Shown here: positions 1-9,227 of the stretch, one piece after another | How the letters are laid out: every line of letters starts with the position of its first letter | Numbering within the stretch: the stretch's first letter is position 1 | Assembly (NCBI GenBank): GCA_964035545.1 | Contig: OZ037768.1 | Coordinates: forward strand, 2,636,741 to 2,700,740 | Source: Bugula neritina | Taxonomy: Eukaryota; Animalia; Bryozoa | Direction of reading: 5' to 3' | DNA: 64,000 nt | Notes under the pieces: model-generated | What the model saw: only the letters and a program-made list of their open reading frames with translations | Told to the model about the DNA's origin: nothing | Databases searched by the model: none | Program-made: the position numbers and the translations under genes

Positions 1-44
1 TCTTGTTCTGCACTAAGTTACATTCAACCCACAAGTTTATCACA
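1..44 (+). repeat. 3' end of the 5' LTR
   Basis: Exact match to 7444-7487, ends in CA and is followed by the PBS. Confidence 0.95.
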
Positions 45-45
45 T

Positions 46-65
46 TGGTGGCAGCGGTGGGATTC
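46..65 (+). promoter_or_regulatory. Primer-binding site, tRNA-Leu type
   Basis: TGGTGGCAGCGGTGGGATTC lies 1 nt after the LTR and is complementary to the 3' end (...GAAUCCCACCGCUGCCACCA) of eukaryotic tRNA-Leu(AAG/UAG). Confidence 0.88.
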
Positions 66-90
66 TGAATACTAGTGTAAGAAGAACAAG

Positions 91-996
91 ATGGCTCCAG
101 GGGGTGAGGAGGCAACCCCTGGAGCAGCCGCGACACCAACCCTCACTGTGGAGGCTTTGGTGACAGCCCTCCGAAAGTTGCAGGGGACAGGGCAGGCGCC
201 ACCTGGTGACAGGTACCGCCTCAGTCCCCCAACTTTTGGAGGTGATGGGGATGTGGAGCAATTCATCCGGGAGTTCCAGGACGTGGCCACCATCGCTGAA
301 TGGCCAGTGCCGGTGCGCGTCCTCCAACTCCGGGCCTGTTTGACAGGCCGGGCCAAGAGTTTCGCTCTGGGGCCCGATGAAGCACACATCTTACGTGCCC
401 TAAGGGCCAGGTTTGGCATGACGTCAGAGGAGGCGTCTGACCGCCTACAGGCCCTGAGAAGGGACAGGAGGACATCATTGGAGGACCACGCCAACGTGGT
501 GGAACGCTTGGCCCAGGCTGCTTTCAGCCAGGCTACCGGAACGGAAAGACAGCGCCTGGTGTACAACGCGTTTTTCCGGAGTATAAATCATCCTGACCTC
601 CAACGCTATTGGATGGCTGGCAAGGTGGGCAGCCTGGACGAAGCTCTGGAAACGGGTAAAGCCTATTTCCAGGTAGAAGAGCTTCAAGGACCAAGATTCG
701 CCGCCCGCCAGGTGGTCGATGAGGAGACCGCCCTGCCTGCTAAACCCCAAGTAGCGGCCGCAGCAACTAAATCACTCGAGCAGACGCAGCTCACCATGTT
801 AATGGACATGATGAAAGGCCTGCAGGCTACAGTGACGAAGTTGCAGAGCGAACAGGCGGATAGGCGGGCTCCCCGTTCACGGGACAACCCTGTCCGCCCA
901 TCTCTACTAACCTGTTGGGGGTGCGGGGTGCAAGGGCATGTGAGGAGGCACTGCCCTAGAGGCCAAGGGCCTTTAAACACCCAAGGCTCACGGTAA
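91..996 (+). CDS. gag: Gag (capsid plus CCHC zinc knuckle)
   Basis: 301-aa ORF with a capsid-type start (PPTFGGDGDVEQFIREF) and a C-terminal CWGCGVQGHVRRHC (CX2CX4HX4C). Confidence 0.93.
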   Translation: MAPGGEEATPGAAATPTLTVEALVTALRKLQGTGQAPPGDRYRLSPPTFGGDGDVEQFIREFQDVATIAEWPVPVRVLQLRACLTGRAKSFALGPDEAHILRALRARFGMTSEEASDRLQALRRDRRTSLEDHANVVERLAQAAFSQATGTERQRLVYNAFFRSINHPDLQRYWMAGKVGSLDEALETGKAYFQVEELQGPRFAARQVVDEETALPAKPQVAAAATKSLEQTQLTMLMDMMKGLQATVTKLQSEQADRRAPRSRDNPVRPSLLTCWGCGVQGHVRRHCPRGQGPLNTQGSR

Positions 997-1016
997 CTTC
1001 CGCCAACCGTGGGCCT
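972..1016 (+). promoter_or_regulatory. Programmed -1 ribosomal frameshift signal
   Basis: Slippery heptamer T TTA AAC (972-978) is in the gag frame. After a 5-nt spacer comes an 11-bp stem, AGGCTCACGGT (984-994) / ACCGTGGGCCT (1006-1016). The -1 frame is open from here into pol. Confidence 0.85.
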
Positions 1017-4000
1017 CACGCCAATCCCATCCGGGATAGGACTCGAAGAGGAGAAGAAGAGACCTCCACAGGGTCTGCCGATACCGAGTGGCAGAGGCCA
1101 CGGAGACCTCGGAGACCGCAAGGTCTACCCGATCCTCCGGCCGTGTCACTCGAGACCCGGATGCAGCTAGAAGAAGCAGGATGGCAGGCACCTCGGAGAT
1201 CTCGGAGACCGCAAGGTCTACCCGATCCTCCGGCCTGGCCACTCCAGAACCGGTTCGCGGGGTTGCCCGAGGAGGTTGTGGAGGAGGATTCAGCTTACTC
1301 GCAAGAGTACCCCAAGCTACCCTCCCGACCTCAGAAAACCCCCGTTGTCTCTAAGACAAAGAGGAGGCCCGCTGTGCGGACCCAAGTTGTGTCTCCCCCA
1401 GAGACTGACCGCTCCAGGAGTGCCCAGCCGTATGGAAGCAGCTACTTTCTGCCCGGAAAGATTTCGGGTAAAGCTGCCACATTCCTACTGGATACTGGGT
1501 GCACTACCAACCTGCTGAGTAGGCGTCTCTTTGACACTCTTGGTGCACGAGAGCGGGCGAGCCTCGAGCCGTATGAAGGTGCGCATGGTACGTTGGCGGA
1601 CGGATCATGCATTCCTTTCTACGGCGTCATTTCACTACCTGGACGCGTCCGTGATCAAGCAATTCACGAGACGTTCATAGTCAGCCAGCTGAAGGAGGAC
1701 GCCATCCTGGGAATGCCGTTTCTGGAGAAACACCAGTGTCACATGGATTTCCAGAAGTCAGTGGTGGTGATGGCTGGGAAGGAGCTTGTCTGCGTCGACA
1801 AGTTCGGAAGGCCCTTGGTGGGCGGAGTCCAGGTAGTGCGGGACTGCACGGTTCCGGGAAGATCCCAGGCGACTCTTCGCTGCAGAGTCAACTGCAAGGG
1901 GATCGCCGGCCTGGGGGTGGTTGAGGGAACGCACGGAGCGATCCGACTAGCAAACAGCCTGAATCGGCTAGATTGTCGGCAGGAGCTCCTCGTGCAGTGC
2001 ATCAACCCCTTCACGGAACCTGTCCGATTATCGGCTGGAGCGCTGGTGGGGAAGTACCACTCCATCCAGGAAGCGGATGTGGGTCCGGCACTGGAGACAG
2101 TGGCCGACACCCAGGGGAACCCCCCTCACACCAGACGAGGAGCAGTCCCGGAGCATATGGCTGACCTGTATGATGGGGCGTGTGGAAACTGTACAAGTAG
2201 TACTGAACGCCAAGTACTGGCTCAACTACTTGCGGAGTACAGTGATGTCTTCAGTCGTGGAGATAGAGACATGGGGCTGACCAAGGTCATCTCCCACGAG
2301 ATACCCCTGGCAGCCGGCACCACTCCCATCAGGCAGCCTACCCGGCGTCTAGGCCCGGAGAAGGAGAAGGAGGTGAGCCGACAGGTACAGGATCTTCTCG
2401 ACCGGGATCTGATTGAGCCTGCCCACGGTGCGTGGAGCTCTCCAGTAGTCCTGGTCAAGAAGAAAGATGGTAGCTGGAGGTTCTGTGTGGACTACCGCAG
2501 ACTCAACAGCGTTACCATCCAAGACGCCTACCCTCTCCCACGGATAGATGAGTCTCTGGATGCCCTCGCGGGTAGCAAGTACTTCAGTACTTTGGATCTG
2601 CTTAGCGGGTACTGGCAAGTGCCTCTCAGTCCTGATGCCCAGGACAAAGCAGCATTCATTACTCGCGACGGGCTCTGGAAGTGGAAAGTCCTGCCATTTG
2701 GACTAACGTCCGCCCCGGCAACTTTCCAACGGCTCATGGAGCAGGTCCTCAGTGGATTACACTGGAAGACCCTCCTCATCTATCTGGACGACGTCATTGT
2801 CATCTCGCCAGACTTTTCGACTCATGTCAGTCGTCTGCGGGAGGTCTTTGACCGCCTCCGGGCAGCTGGACTCAAGCTGAAGCCCTCCAAGTGTGCACTC
2901 TTGCAGCCGGAAGTCACGTACCTGGGCCATGTGGTGGGCCGTGATGGGGTCGCTACCGACCCAGAGAAGGTACAGGCTGTGAAGCAGTGGACTGTCCCCC
3001 GTGACCTCCCTGAGTTGCGCGCATTCTTGGGCCTAGTAGGGTACTACCGGCAGTACATACCTGGCTTCGCAGGAGTGGCTCAGCCGTTAAATCGGCTGAC
3101 CGCAAAAGGGGTCCGGTGGCAGTGGACGCAGGAGGAGCAGCAGGCATTCGACCACCTCAAGCAACGGCTAATGGAGGCGCCAATTCTGGCGTATCCTGAT
3201 CCAGCCAAGGAGTACATCCTGGACACCGACGCCAGTGACCACAGCGTGGGAGCTGTCCTGTCTCAAGTCCAGGGTGGAAGTGAGGTGGTCGTGGCTTACT
3301 ACAGCAAGACTCTCGCGGCCGCCGAGAAGAACTACTGCACCACTAGGAAGGAACTCCTAGCAGTAGTCAAGGCGGTCAAGCACTTTCGGCCATATCTGTA
3401 TGGGAGAACGTTCCGTTTGCGAACAGACCATGCATCACTGATATGGCTGTGTAAACGTGCGGAGCCCTCGAGCCAGGTAGCTCGTTGGCTAGAGATTCTT
3501 GCCGAGTTCTCTTACCGGATAGAACACCGTGCTGGCCGGAAGCACGGAAACGCCGACGGCATGAGCCGCCGGCCGGTAGAGGACTGTAAGCAATGCCTGC
3601 ACATTGAAAAACGGGACGGGGGACCCGCTCGCCTTGACGTGGAAACAGAGTTAGGGGAGGGCGCCGTCTATCGGTGGGAGCACGGCCATCTTCGGACCGA
3701 AACCCACTCAGACGACGTCCAGGCGCTTCACGCCAACCCCACTCTGTACCAGAATGTCAAGGAGCTGTGCCGACTCCAGGAGACGCTACCCGGCCCGGTA
3801 GCGGACATTTTCCGGGCCAAGAAGGAGGGCCGACGACCTAGCGAGGAACAGCAGCGGCAGGGAGACGTTGAGTTCCAACTCCTCTGTCGTCGCTGGGATG
3901 CCCTCAAGGTCAGTCCTGATGGCCTCCTGATGATAACGTTAGCAGCAGACAACCGTCAGCAGGAGAGGGACCGCGTCGTCTGTCCACGCGCCCTCCGACG

Positions 4001-6929
4001 GGAACTGATCTGGGACACCCATAAGCAGGCTCATTCTGGAGTCAGTCGGGTCATCAGGTGTCTGCGGCTGCGTTGGTATTGGCCCGGAATGACTCGGGAC
4101 GTACGACTGCGGGTACGGCAATGCGAGGTCTGCCAAGCTAGCAAGCATGGCCGCCCCACGGAAACCACTGGTCGACGCCGGCTGTACGCTGGTCGACCGT
4201 GGCAAGTAGTGGCGGTAGACCTTGTCGGGCCTATGCCGTTATCCGCCAGAGGGAACACCTGGATACTGGTGCTCACGGACCACTTTACCCGGTGGGCGGA
4301 TGCTCTGGCTATCCCAGACGCAACTGCCCCCACGGTGGCCCGGACCCTGGACCAACATGTGTTCTGTTACCTCGGTTTGCCCGAGCAGATACATACGGAC
4401 CAGGGCGCCCAGTTCCAGTCCCAGCTCATGGGAGACCTCTGCCGGATATGGGGGGTGAACCAGAGTCGGACCACCCCATATCACCCACAAGGGAACGGAG
4501 TCGTCGAGCGGAACAACAGGATGTTGGGTGACGCCCTCAGGAGCCTGCTCCTTGGTCGAGGTCAGGAAGAATGGGACGTGGTGCTGCCACAAATCATGCG
4601 GGCTTACCGCAGCACACCACACTCCACCACACAGGAGACCCCAAACTTCCTGATGCTAGGCCGGGAAACGCGGGTTCCGGAACACCTGACATACCACGTT
4701 CCCGCCCCCGAATCACCGGTACATGAGTACGTCGAAAGACTGACAGAGATCATGGGTAAAGCCCATGATGCACTGCGGGCCCAGCAGTGGCAGATCCGCA
4801 CAGAGGACTCAGAAGAGCCCCCATTGTATCAGGTGGGAGACTGGGTCTGGATGGTGAGCTATCGTAGGCGACGCGGACAGTCGGCTAAACTTCAGCCCAA
4901 GTTCGTGGGTCCCTACTGCGTGGTGGAGGTGCTGGCCAACCACACATACCGTGTGGAGCGCTCTGGACAGGTCTCAGTCCAGAGCGAACAGCGCCTGAAA
5001 CCATACCATGCCAGCCCAGACGCGGTGGGTCAGGCTCCACCCCTCCTGGAGCCCAACCGCCAGCCTAACCAGCGGGGGAGAGCCACCCGGCCCCGGGAGG
5101 TGGAAATTGTCATCCGAAGGGAGGCAGAGCAGGAGCAGGCTGCCCTACGAGAACAGTTGGAACAACAACAGAGGCAGGAGCAGCAGCAGCAACACGCCCC
5201 AGAGCCACCACCCCTCTGGGGGGAGGACACCCCCACCCGTATTACGGGTGAAGGCGGGGACCCCCCTACGGTGGCAACTGAGGAGCAACTGGCACCACCA
5301 GCACCCACACCGCTGGAAAGGAGCCAGCGAGCGAGGAAACCACCCAGATATCTGGCAGACTATCACATAGGACACCTAGGGTTGCCCCCCCCAAGTGGGA
5401 ATCCATCTGTCCAGGGCCATTACTCCTCCTTAGTTAGTAAATTCTTCCAACCTCCTGGAGAATCACTACAAAAAGGAACAGTTGCAAACCGAAATTCGGA
5501 GGGCACGCGATTGTCTGAGTTGTCCCTTCAAAACTCGATGGGAATTCCCCACGATCGCGTAGCAGGTAAAAATATTGAAACACGAGGCTCGGCCATTTGC
5601 ACTACTACTAACCCACTAGTAACACGCAATTTTAAAGCTGAAACTTGTAATCGAATTAATCACGAATTGGATATGGGTATTACTCTTCCCGGTAACAACA
5701 CTACAAACACAGGTATTTCATTAGAGTCAGAGCCTCCCGTACCGGAGTCTGACTCAACTGTAATTAATTGGGCTAGTTTAGATTTGTTAGAATCTAATTT
5801 ATTAACGGAGGAAGTCGATGTGAGTTTTGGAGAAGACTCTCTAAATGAGTTTTTATTAGACCAGGACATAGGGTCAGTCACTCTCCATGACTCACCTCGG
5901 CTCCCTACCACCCACAAAGTACCCTATAAGGCGATGCCGAATTTCGGCGACGGCGAGACCGGCCTTACTCGGCCTCTGCTGTCTATTGTAGACACTGCAA
6001 TGGAGTGTGATGAGGTGGAGGTCAGTCGAGTCGACTCCCCCCCTCCACCAGCCCCCGTGACGGCTCCTTGCAGCCCGCGGGTCGCCACAGACCGGACTGA
6101 GGTGCTATCCACCATGAATAGTGACCCTGTCGCCAACCCAGTTGAGCTACAATTAGCCGCCGGGGAGGAACAGGGAATACTATGCGGTGTGCCCTCCTCT
6201 ACTCGAGCTGAAGACGGTGACACCCCCACCTTGGCTCTACCCCAGGCACTGGTCGCCCGCCAGTCCTGGGTCTCTCGCGACACTAATCAGAAGATTAGTG
6301 AAGCATGCGGGGCAGCGGGCAACCGCATCTGCCGGCAATGTCGGAGGAAATTCTCCTCCTCCCGGCGGTTGCGTGTTCACGCCCCACAACATTTCATCAA
6401 CGTATTCTGCCCTTGCGGCGAATACTCCTACCAGCGGGATTATGTGCTGCGCCACCAGCGCATCTCGCGCTGCCACCCAGGTCACGTGTTCACCGTGGAT
6501 CAGGCCACATTTCCGGAGTTCCGGGACCTCATCCTGCCGCACGTCGCGGACCCCCACAAGCGTGCCACCCTCGGCCAAGGGTTTCCGGCGTGCAGAGCAA
6601 TTCAAGAAGAAGACGGAGAACCCGCCGCCGCCCTCCAACCAGCAGCCACCCAGCCTCTTCGGGTCATGCTGACAAGGGTCGGGGATGGTGCCAGACCCGG
6701 TACATCGGACCTGGACCCCCGCTCCTCGGCGGCAAGCAGACACCACCCAGAGCACAGGCAACACCCGGAGCGCAACACACTCCGCTCCCGACCGCAACTA
6801 GAAGAGGAGGTGGGCCACTTACGGCGCCGCGTGGCACGGTGTGAGGAAGATCTGACACAATTGCGACGACGACTGATCCGGCTGGAACGACGTCAGACCG
6901 ACAACGACGATGGGACATGGAGGGAGTGA
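972..6929 (+). CDS. pol: Pol polyprotein (protease, RT, RNase H, integrase) with a long C-terminal extension bearing C2H2 zinc fingers and a leucine zipper
   Basis: Motifs: LLDTG (protease), YLDD (RT), DAS (RNase H), H...H...CEVC plus the DDE core, GPY, RKPPRYLADY, then CRQC-x12-H-x3-H and a heptad coiled coil. The ORF track gives 1143..6929 and the frame is open back to 972. Confidence 0.95.
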   Translation, partial: FKHPRLTVTSANRGPHANPIRDRTRRGEEETSTGSADTEWQRPRRPRRPQGLPDPPAVSLETRMQLEEAGWQAPRRSRRPQGLPDPPAWPLQNRFAGLPEEVVEEDSAYSQEYPKLPSRPQKTPVVSKTKRRPAVRTQVVSPPETDRSRSAQPYGSSYFLPGKISGKAATFLLDTGCTTNLLSRRLFDTLGARERASLEPYEGAHGTLADGSCIPFYGVISLPGRVRDQAIHETFIVSQLKEDAILGMPFLEKHQCHMDFQKSVVVMAGKELVCVDKFGRPLVGGVQVVRDCTVPGRSQATLRCRVNCKGIAGLGVVEGTHGAIRLANSLNRLDCRQELLVQCINPFTEPVRLSAGALVGKYHSIQEADVGPALETVADTQGNPPHTRRGAVPEHMADLYDGACGNCTSSTERQVLAQLLAEYSDVFSRGDRDMGLTKVISHEIPLAAGTTPIRQPTRRLGPEKEKEVSRQVQDLLDRDLIEPAHGAWSSPVVLVKKKDGSWRFCVDYRRLNSVTIQDAYPLPRIDESLDALAGSKYFSTLDLLSGYWQVPLSPDAQDKAAFITRDGLWKWKVLPFGLTSAPATFQRLMEQVLSGLHWKTLLIYLDDVIVISPDFSTHVSRLREVFDRLRAAGLKLKPSKCALLQPEVTYLGHVVGRDGVATDPEKVQAVKQWTVPRDLPELRAFLGLVGYYRQYIPGFAGVAQPLNRLTAKGVRWQWTQEEQQAFDHLKQRLMEAPILAYPDPAKEYILDTDASDHSVGAVLSQVQGGSEVVVAYYSKTLAAAEKNYCTTRKELLAVVKAVKHFRPYLYGRTFRLRTDHASLIWLCKRAEPSSQVARWLEILAEFSYRIEHRAGRKHGNADGMSRRPVEDCKQCLHIEKRDGGPARLDVETELGEGAVYRWEHGHLRTETHSDDVQALHANPTLYQNVKELCRLQETLPGPVADIFRAKKEGRRPSEEQQRQGDVEFQLLCRRWDALKVSPDGLLMITLAADNRQQERDRVVCPRALRRELIWDTHKQAHSGVSRVIRCLRLRWYWPGMTRDVRLRVRQCEVCQASKHGRPTETTGRRRLYAGRPWQVVAVDLVGPMPLSARGNTWILVLTDHFTRWADALAIPDATAPTVARTLDQHVFCYLGLPEQIHTDQGAQFQSQLMGDLCRIWGVNQSRTTPYHPQGNGVVERNNRMLGDALRSLLLGRGQEEWDVVLPQIMRAYRSTPHSTTQETPNFLMLGRETRVPEHLTYHVPAPESPVHEYVERLTEIMGKAHDALRAQQWQIRTEDSEEPPLYQVGDWVWMVSYRRRRGQSAKLQPKFVGPYCVVEVLANHTYRVERSGQVSVQSEQRLKPYHASPDAVGQAPPLLEPNRQPNQRGRATRPREVEIVIRREAEQEQAALREQLEQQQRQEQQQQHAPEPPPLWGEDTPTRITGEGGDPPTVATEEQLAPPAPTPLERSQRARKPPRYLADYHIGHLGLPPPSGNPSVQGHYSSLVSKFFQPPGESLQKGTVANRNSEGTRLSELSLQNSMGIPHDRVAGKNIETRGSAICTTTNPLVTRNFKAETCNRINHELDMGITLPGNNTTNTGISLESEPPVPESDSTVINWASLDLLESNLLTEEVDVSFGEDSLNEFLLDQDIGSVTLHDSPRLPTTHKVPYKAMPNFGDGETGLTRPLLSIVDTAMECDEVEVSRVDSPPPPAPVTAPCSPRVATDRTEVLSTMNSDPVANPVELQLAAGEEQGILCGVPSSTRAEDGDTPTLALPQALVARQSWVSRDTNQKISEACGAAGNRICRQCRRKFSSSRRLRVHAPQHFINVFCPCGEYSYQRDYVLRHQRISRCHPGHVFTVDQATFPEFRDLILPHVADPHKRATLGQGFPACRAIQEEDGEPAAALQPAATQPLRVMLTRVGDGARPGTSDLDPRSSAASRHHPEHRQHPERNTLRSRPQLEEEVGHLRRRVARCEEDLTQLRRRLIRLERRQTDNDDGTWRE

Positions 6930-7124
6930 GACCCGCCTCTCCCTGACTGGTGGCATGACAATTCTCTGTTATACATATTCGTTGTCCCTTATACTATGTA
7001 CTTGGTGTTTTGTTTTGTTTTGTTTCTTTGTTCTCTCTCTTCTGTTTCTTTTTTTTGTTTTGTTTATTGTCTGTCTCATTGTTATTATGTTATTATTCGC
7101 CCTCGTATCGGAAAGCATGCTTTC

Positions 7125-7138
7125 CGATAGGGGGTGTG
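7125..7138 (+). other. Polypurine-tract-like region
   Basis: G-rich GATAGGGGGTGTG immediately before the TG that starts the 3' LTR. Confidence 0.65.
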
Positions 7139-7487
7139 TGTGATAGATTATGCCTTGGTTTGTTCTTTTGTTCAATAATGTTAATTGGGGTCCGAAATTC
7201 GGAGTTCCGAGTTTCGGCTTGACCGAAGATCGGTTCCCCCGATCTTCGGGCCTGCCGAATTTCGGAGCTACCGAACTTCGGGCCACACACACAAAAGATT
7301 CTTTGTTTTATGTTCTTTTGTTCGCTGTATATAAAAGCAGGCGAGTTACGGTGTTAAGCCAGTCTACTACTGGAGCTCGCCTAGACAAGTTGACATTATT
7401 TTTATACTATAATAAACATTTGGAACTCTACTACTTCAACCTATCTTGTTCTGCACTAAGTTACATTCAACCCACAAGTTTATCACA
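7139..7487 (+). repeat. 3' LTR (349 bp)
   Basis: TGTGATA...TATCACA terminal inverted repeats, TATATAAAA at 7328-7336, AATAAA at 7411-7416. The last 44 bp are identical to 1-44. Confidence 0.95.
7192..7281. promoter_or_regulatory. Array of six CCGA-nnn-TCGG palindromes in LTR U3
   Basis: Copies at 7192, 7207, 7223, 7239, 7255 and 7271 (spacing 15,16,16,16,16), ending about 46 bp upstream of the TATA box. The array is seen directly; a regulatory role is inferred. Confidence 0.75.
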
Positions 7488-9227
7488 ATATCATCATTTG
7501 TTACATGGTCTTCCCAATTTATATTGTAAATGTGTCAAAGCATCCGCATCTCAGTTGCACTCATTTGCTTCAATATTGACAAGAGCAACTGGGTGGCATC
7601 ATTCTTTGAGTGGGTCATTGCAGAGTTCAATCTTCCGTTTGACAGACACCCTGTCCTTTGAATCAGATTGGATTCTTGATTGCATCTCATCCTTATAAGT
7701 AGTGAAAGCATTTATTTCAGACTCATCCCTCATGTCACTGAGGCCTTACTGTATCTTGTTGCATGCAAAAGTGCTGTACACCCACACCTTGAGAGTTTCA
7801 GTTTTAATGGTGATGCCAATGATTCTCCCTTGCTGTGACCAAATCTCACGAAGGTCACCTCAATGGTCATGTCCGACCAGATGCCGTTGAGCTGGCCGCG
7901 TTTATGATGCATTGTGTGGTTACCAGCCGCGAATTCAATCCTTACATCTTGGGGCATGACCTCCATGCTGTGCAGATAGTGCATTTCCTCTTGCATTGCT
8001 AGGTGTAAGGCCCAGTCTCCTTCTCTAACAGCTATGACGTGGGTGTTGATAATAAAAATTGGTCCAATAAAGCACATGACCCACAGTTTTGCTGTTATTG
8101 AGCTCTCTGCAATCTTAATCAACATATTTTCAAGGTCTTTCATGCTAGTGATTACACTTTCATCAAGACTAGCTTTAACAGTTTTCCCACCAATATTCTC
8201 AAACCTCGTACATTCTGGGAAAACTTTTCTATTTAGCATTTTGGAGAAACCACCAAAAGTAGAATTAACTATTTCTACCAAATCACCCTTAACTATTAGT
8301 GTTCCAGTGCACCCAACATAGGTCATTAAAAGGGGAGAAATTAATAGCAAACGTTAATGAAAAGGGATAGTATGAAAAAGGTAGGAAACCACTGTTCTAA
8401 TAGATGTATTACTTCCCCCAGCATGAAATACATTTTCATTCATAAAAAACTGTTTACAAATGCTTTTAGAGGAAAAGTCAAATGTGCTGATTGTAGAAAT
8501 AGTTTTTGAAAGCAAAAATGTCAAATAAATGATGCGCCAATAATAAAGCAATTAAATTATGTTAAGAAGCCATGGTGCTGTGTTATTAAGCTTGTTGACC
8601 CCTTTTTATAACTTTAAAAAACCTAGCTAAATTTTTAAAACTGAAAATGACCATTAAGTTGGCAGCTCAACAAACCTTTTTGATAAGCATGCTAGTTTGA
8701 AATAAATTGCTATTTAGCTCATATGGCAATGACGTTGCATTTTAAGTTTGCAGAACCCCTTTCAGCTTTATTTGGTGAACATATTTGTAATCAGCATATA
8801 AAATCACACCATATAGTAAAATTTCATGAAGTTAGAACTTAAACTGATGCAGAGATGCAAGGAAATTATAAACACGGCAAGGCTAAAATGAATGATTAGG
8901 GCTTAGCTTAGTTACCCTTGGGTATCATTTGCCTATTACTCAATAATGCACATGATGAAGGCACATGCATCTTTATTATATTAATTTCTAAAGATTTCAA
9001 AGCATTGGAACCTTAAATTTAGCCCCAATGGGTAGGTACATTTGAATTGGAAAAAATAGTTTGGTGCCTGGCGGCCATCTTGAATTTCTCAAAATGCTCA
9101 AGGGTAAGAAGTCCACACCCACCTGGAAACATTTACCTAGACCCTATATTTGAATAATCAGGAGAGAAAAAAACTTTATCCGGAGTTGCGAACCTAAGTC
9201 AAAAATTGGCATTTTTCTGCCAGACTA
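7488..9227 (-). pseudogene. Decayed DNA-transposon remnant (possibly Academ-like) interrupted by the Gypsy insertion
   Basis: ORF 7730-8350 has AVREGDWALHL...NGIWSDMTIEVTF, typical of a large invertebrate transposase family, with frameshifts and stops toward the LTR junction. Candidate terminus TAGTCTGG (minus) at 9227; GGCGGCCATCTTG motif near 9070. The superfamily call is from memory. Confidence 0.5.

Larger units (their letters stand above)
1..7487 (+). mobile_element. Ty3/Gypsy LTR retrotransposon, apparently intact (5' LTR truncated by the window edge)
   Basis: 1-44 is identical to 7444-7487 (LTR end ...TATCACA). PBS, gag, pol in the order PR-RT-RH-IN, PPT and a full 3' LTR are all present, with no in-frame stops. 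Confidence 0.97.

Noticed and set aside
40-6918. Many short overlapping or antisense ORFs in the Gypsy element
   Set aside because: Expected by chance in GC-rich coding DNA; no recognisable motifs.
5363-6929. env gene in the ORF3 position
   Set aside because: No signal peptide, furin/fusion peptide pattern or transmembrane segment; the region is hydrophilic with zinc fingers.
7150-7698. 182-aa ORF starting in the LTR
   Set aside because: It crosses the LTR/flank junction, so it is an accidental fusion with no domain features.
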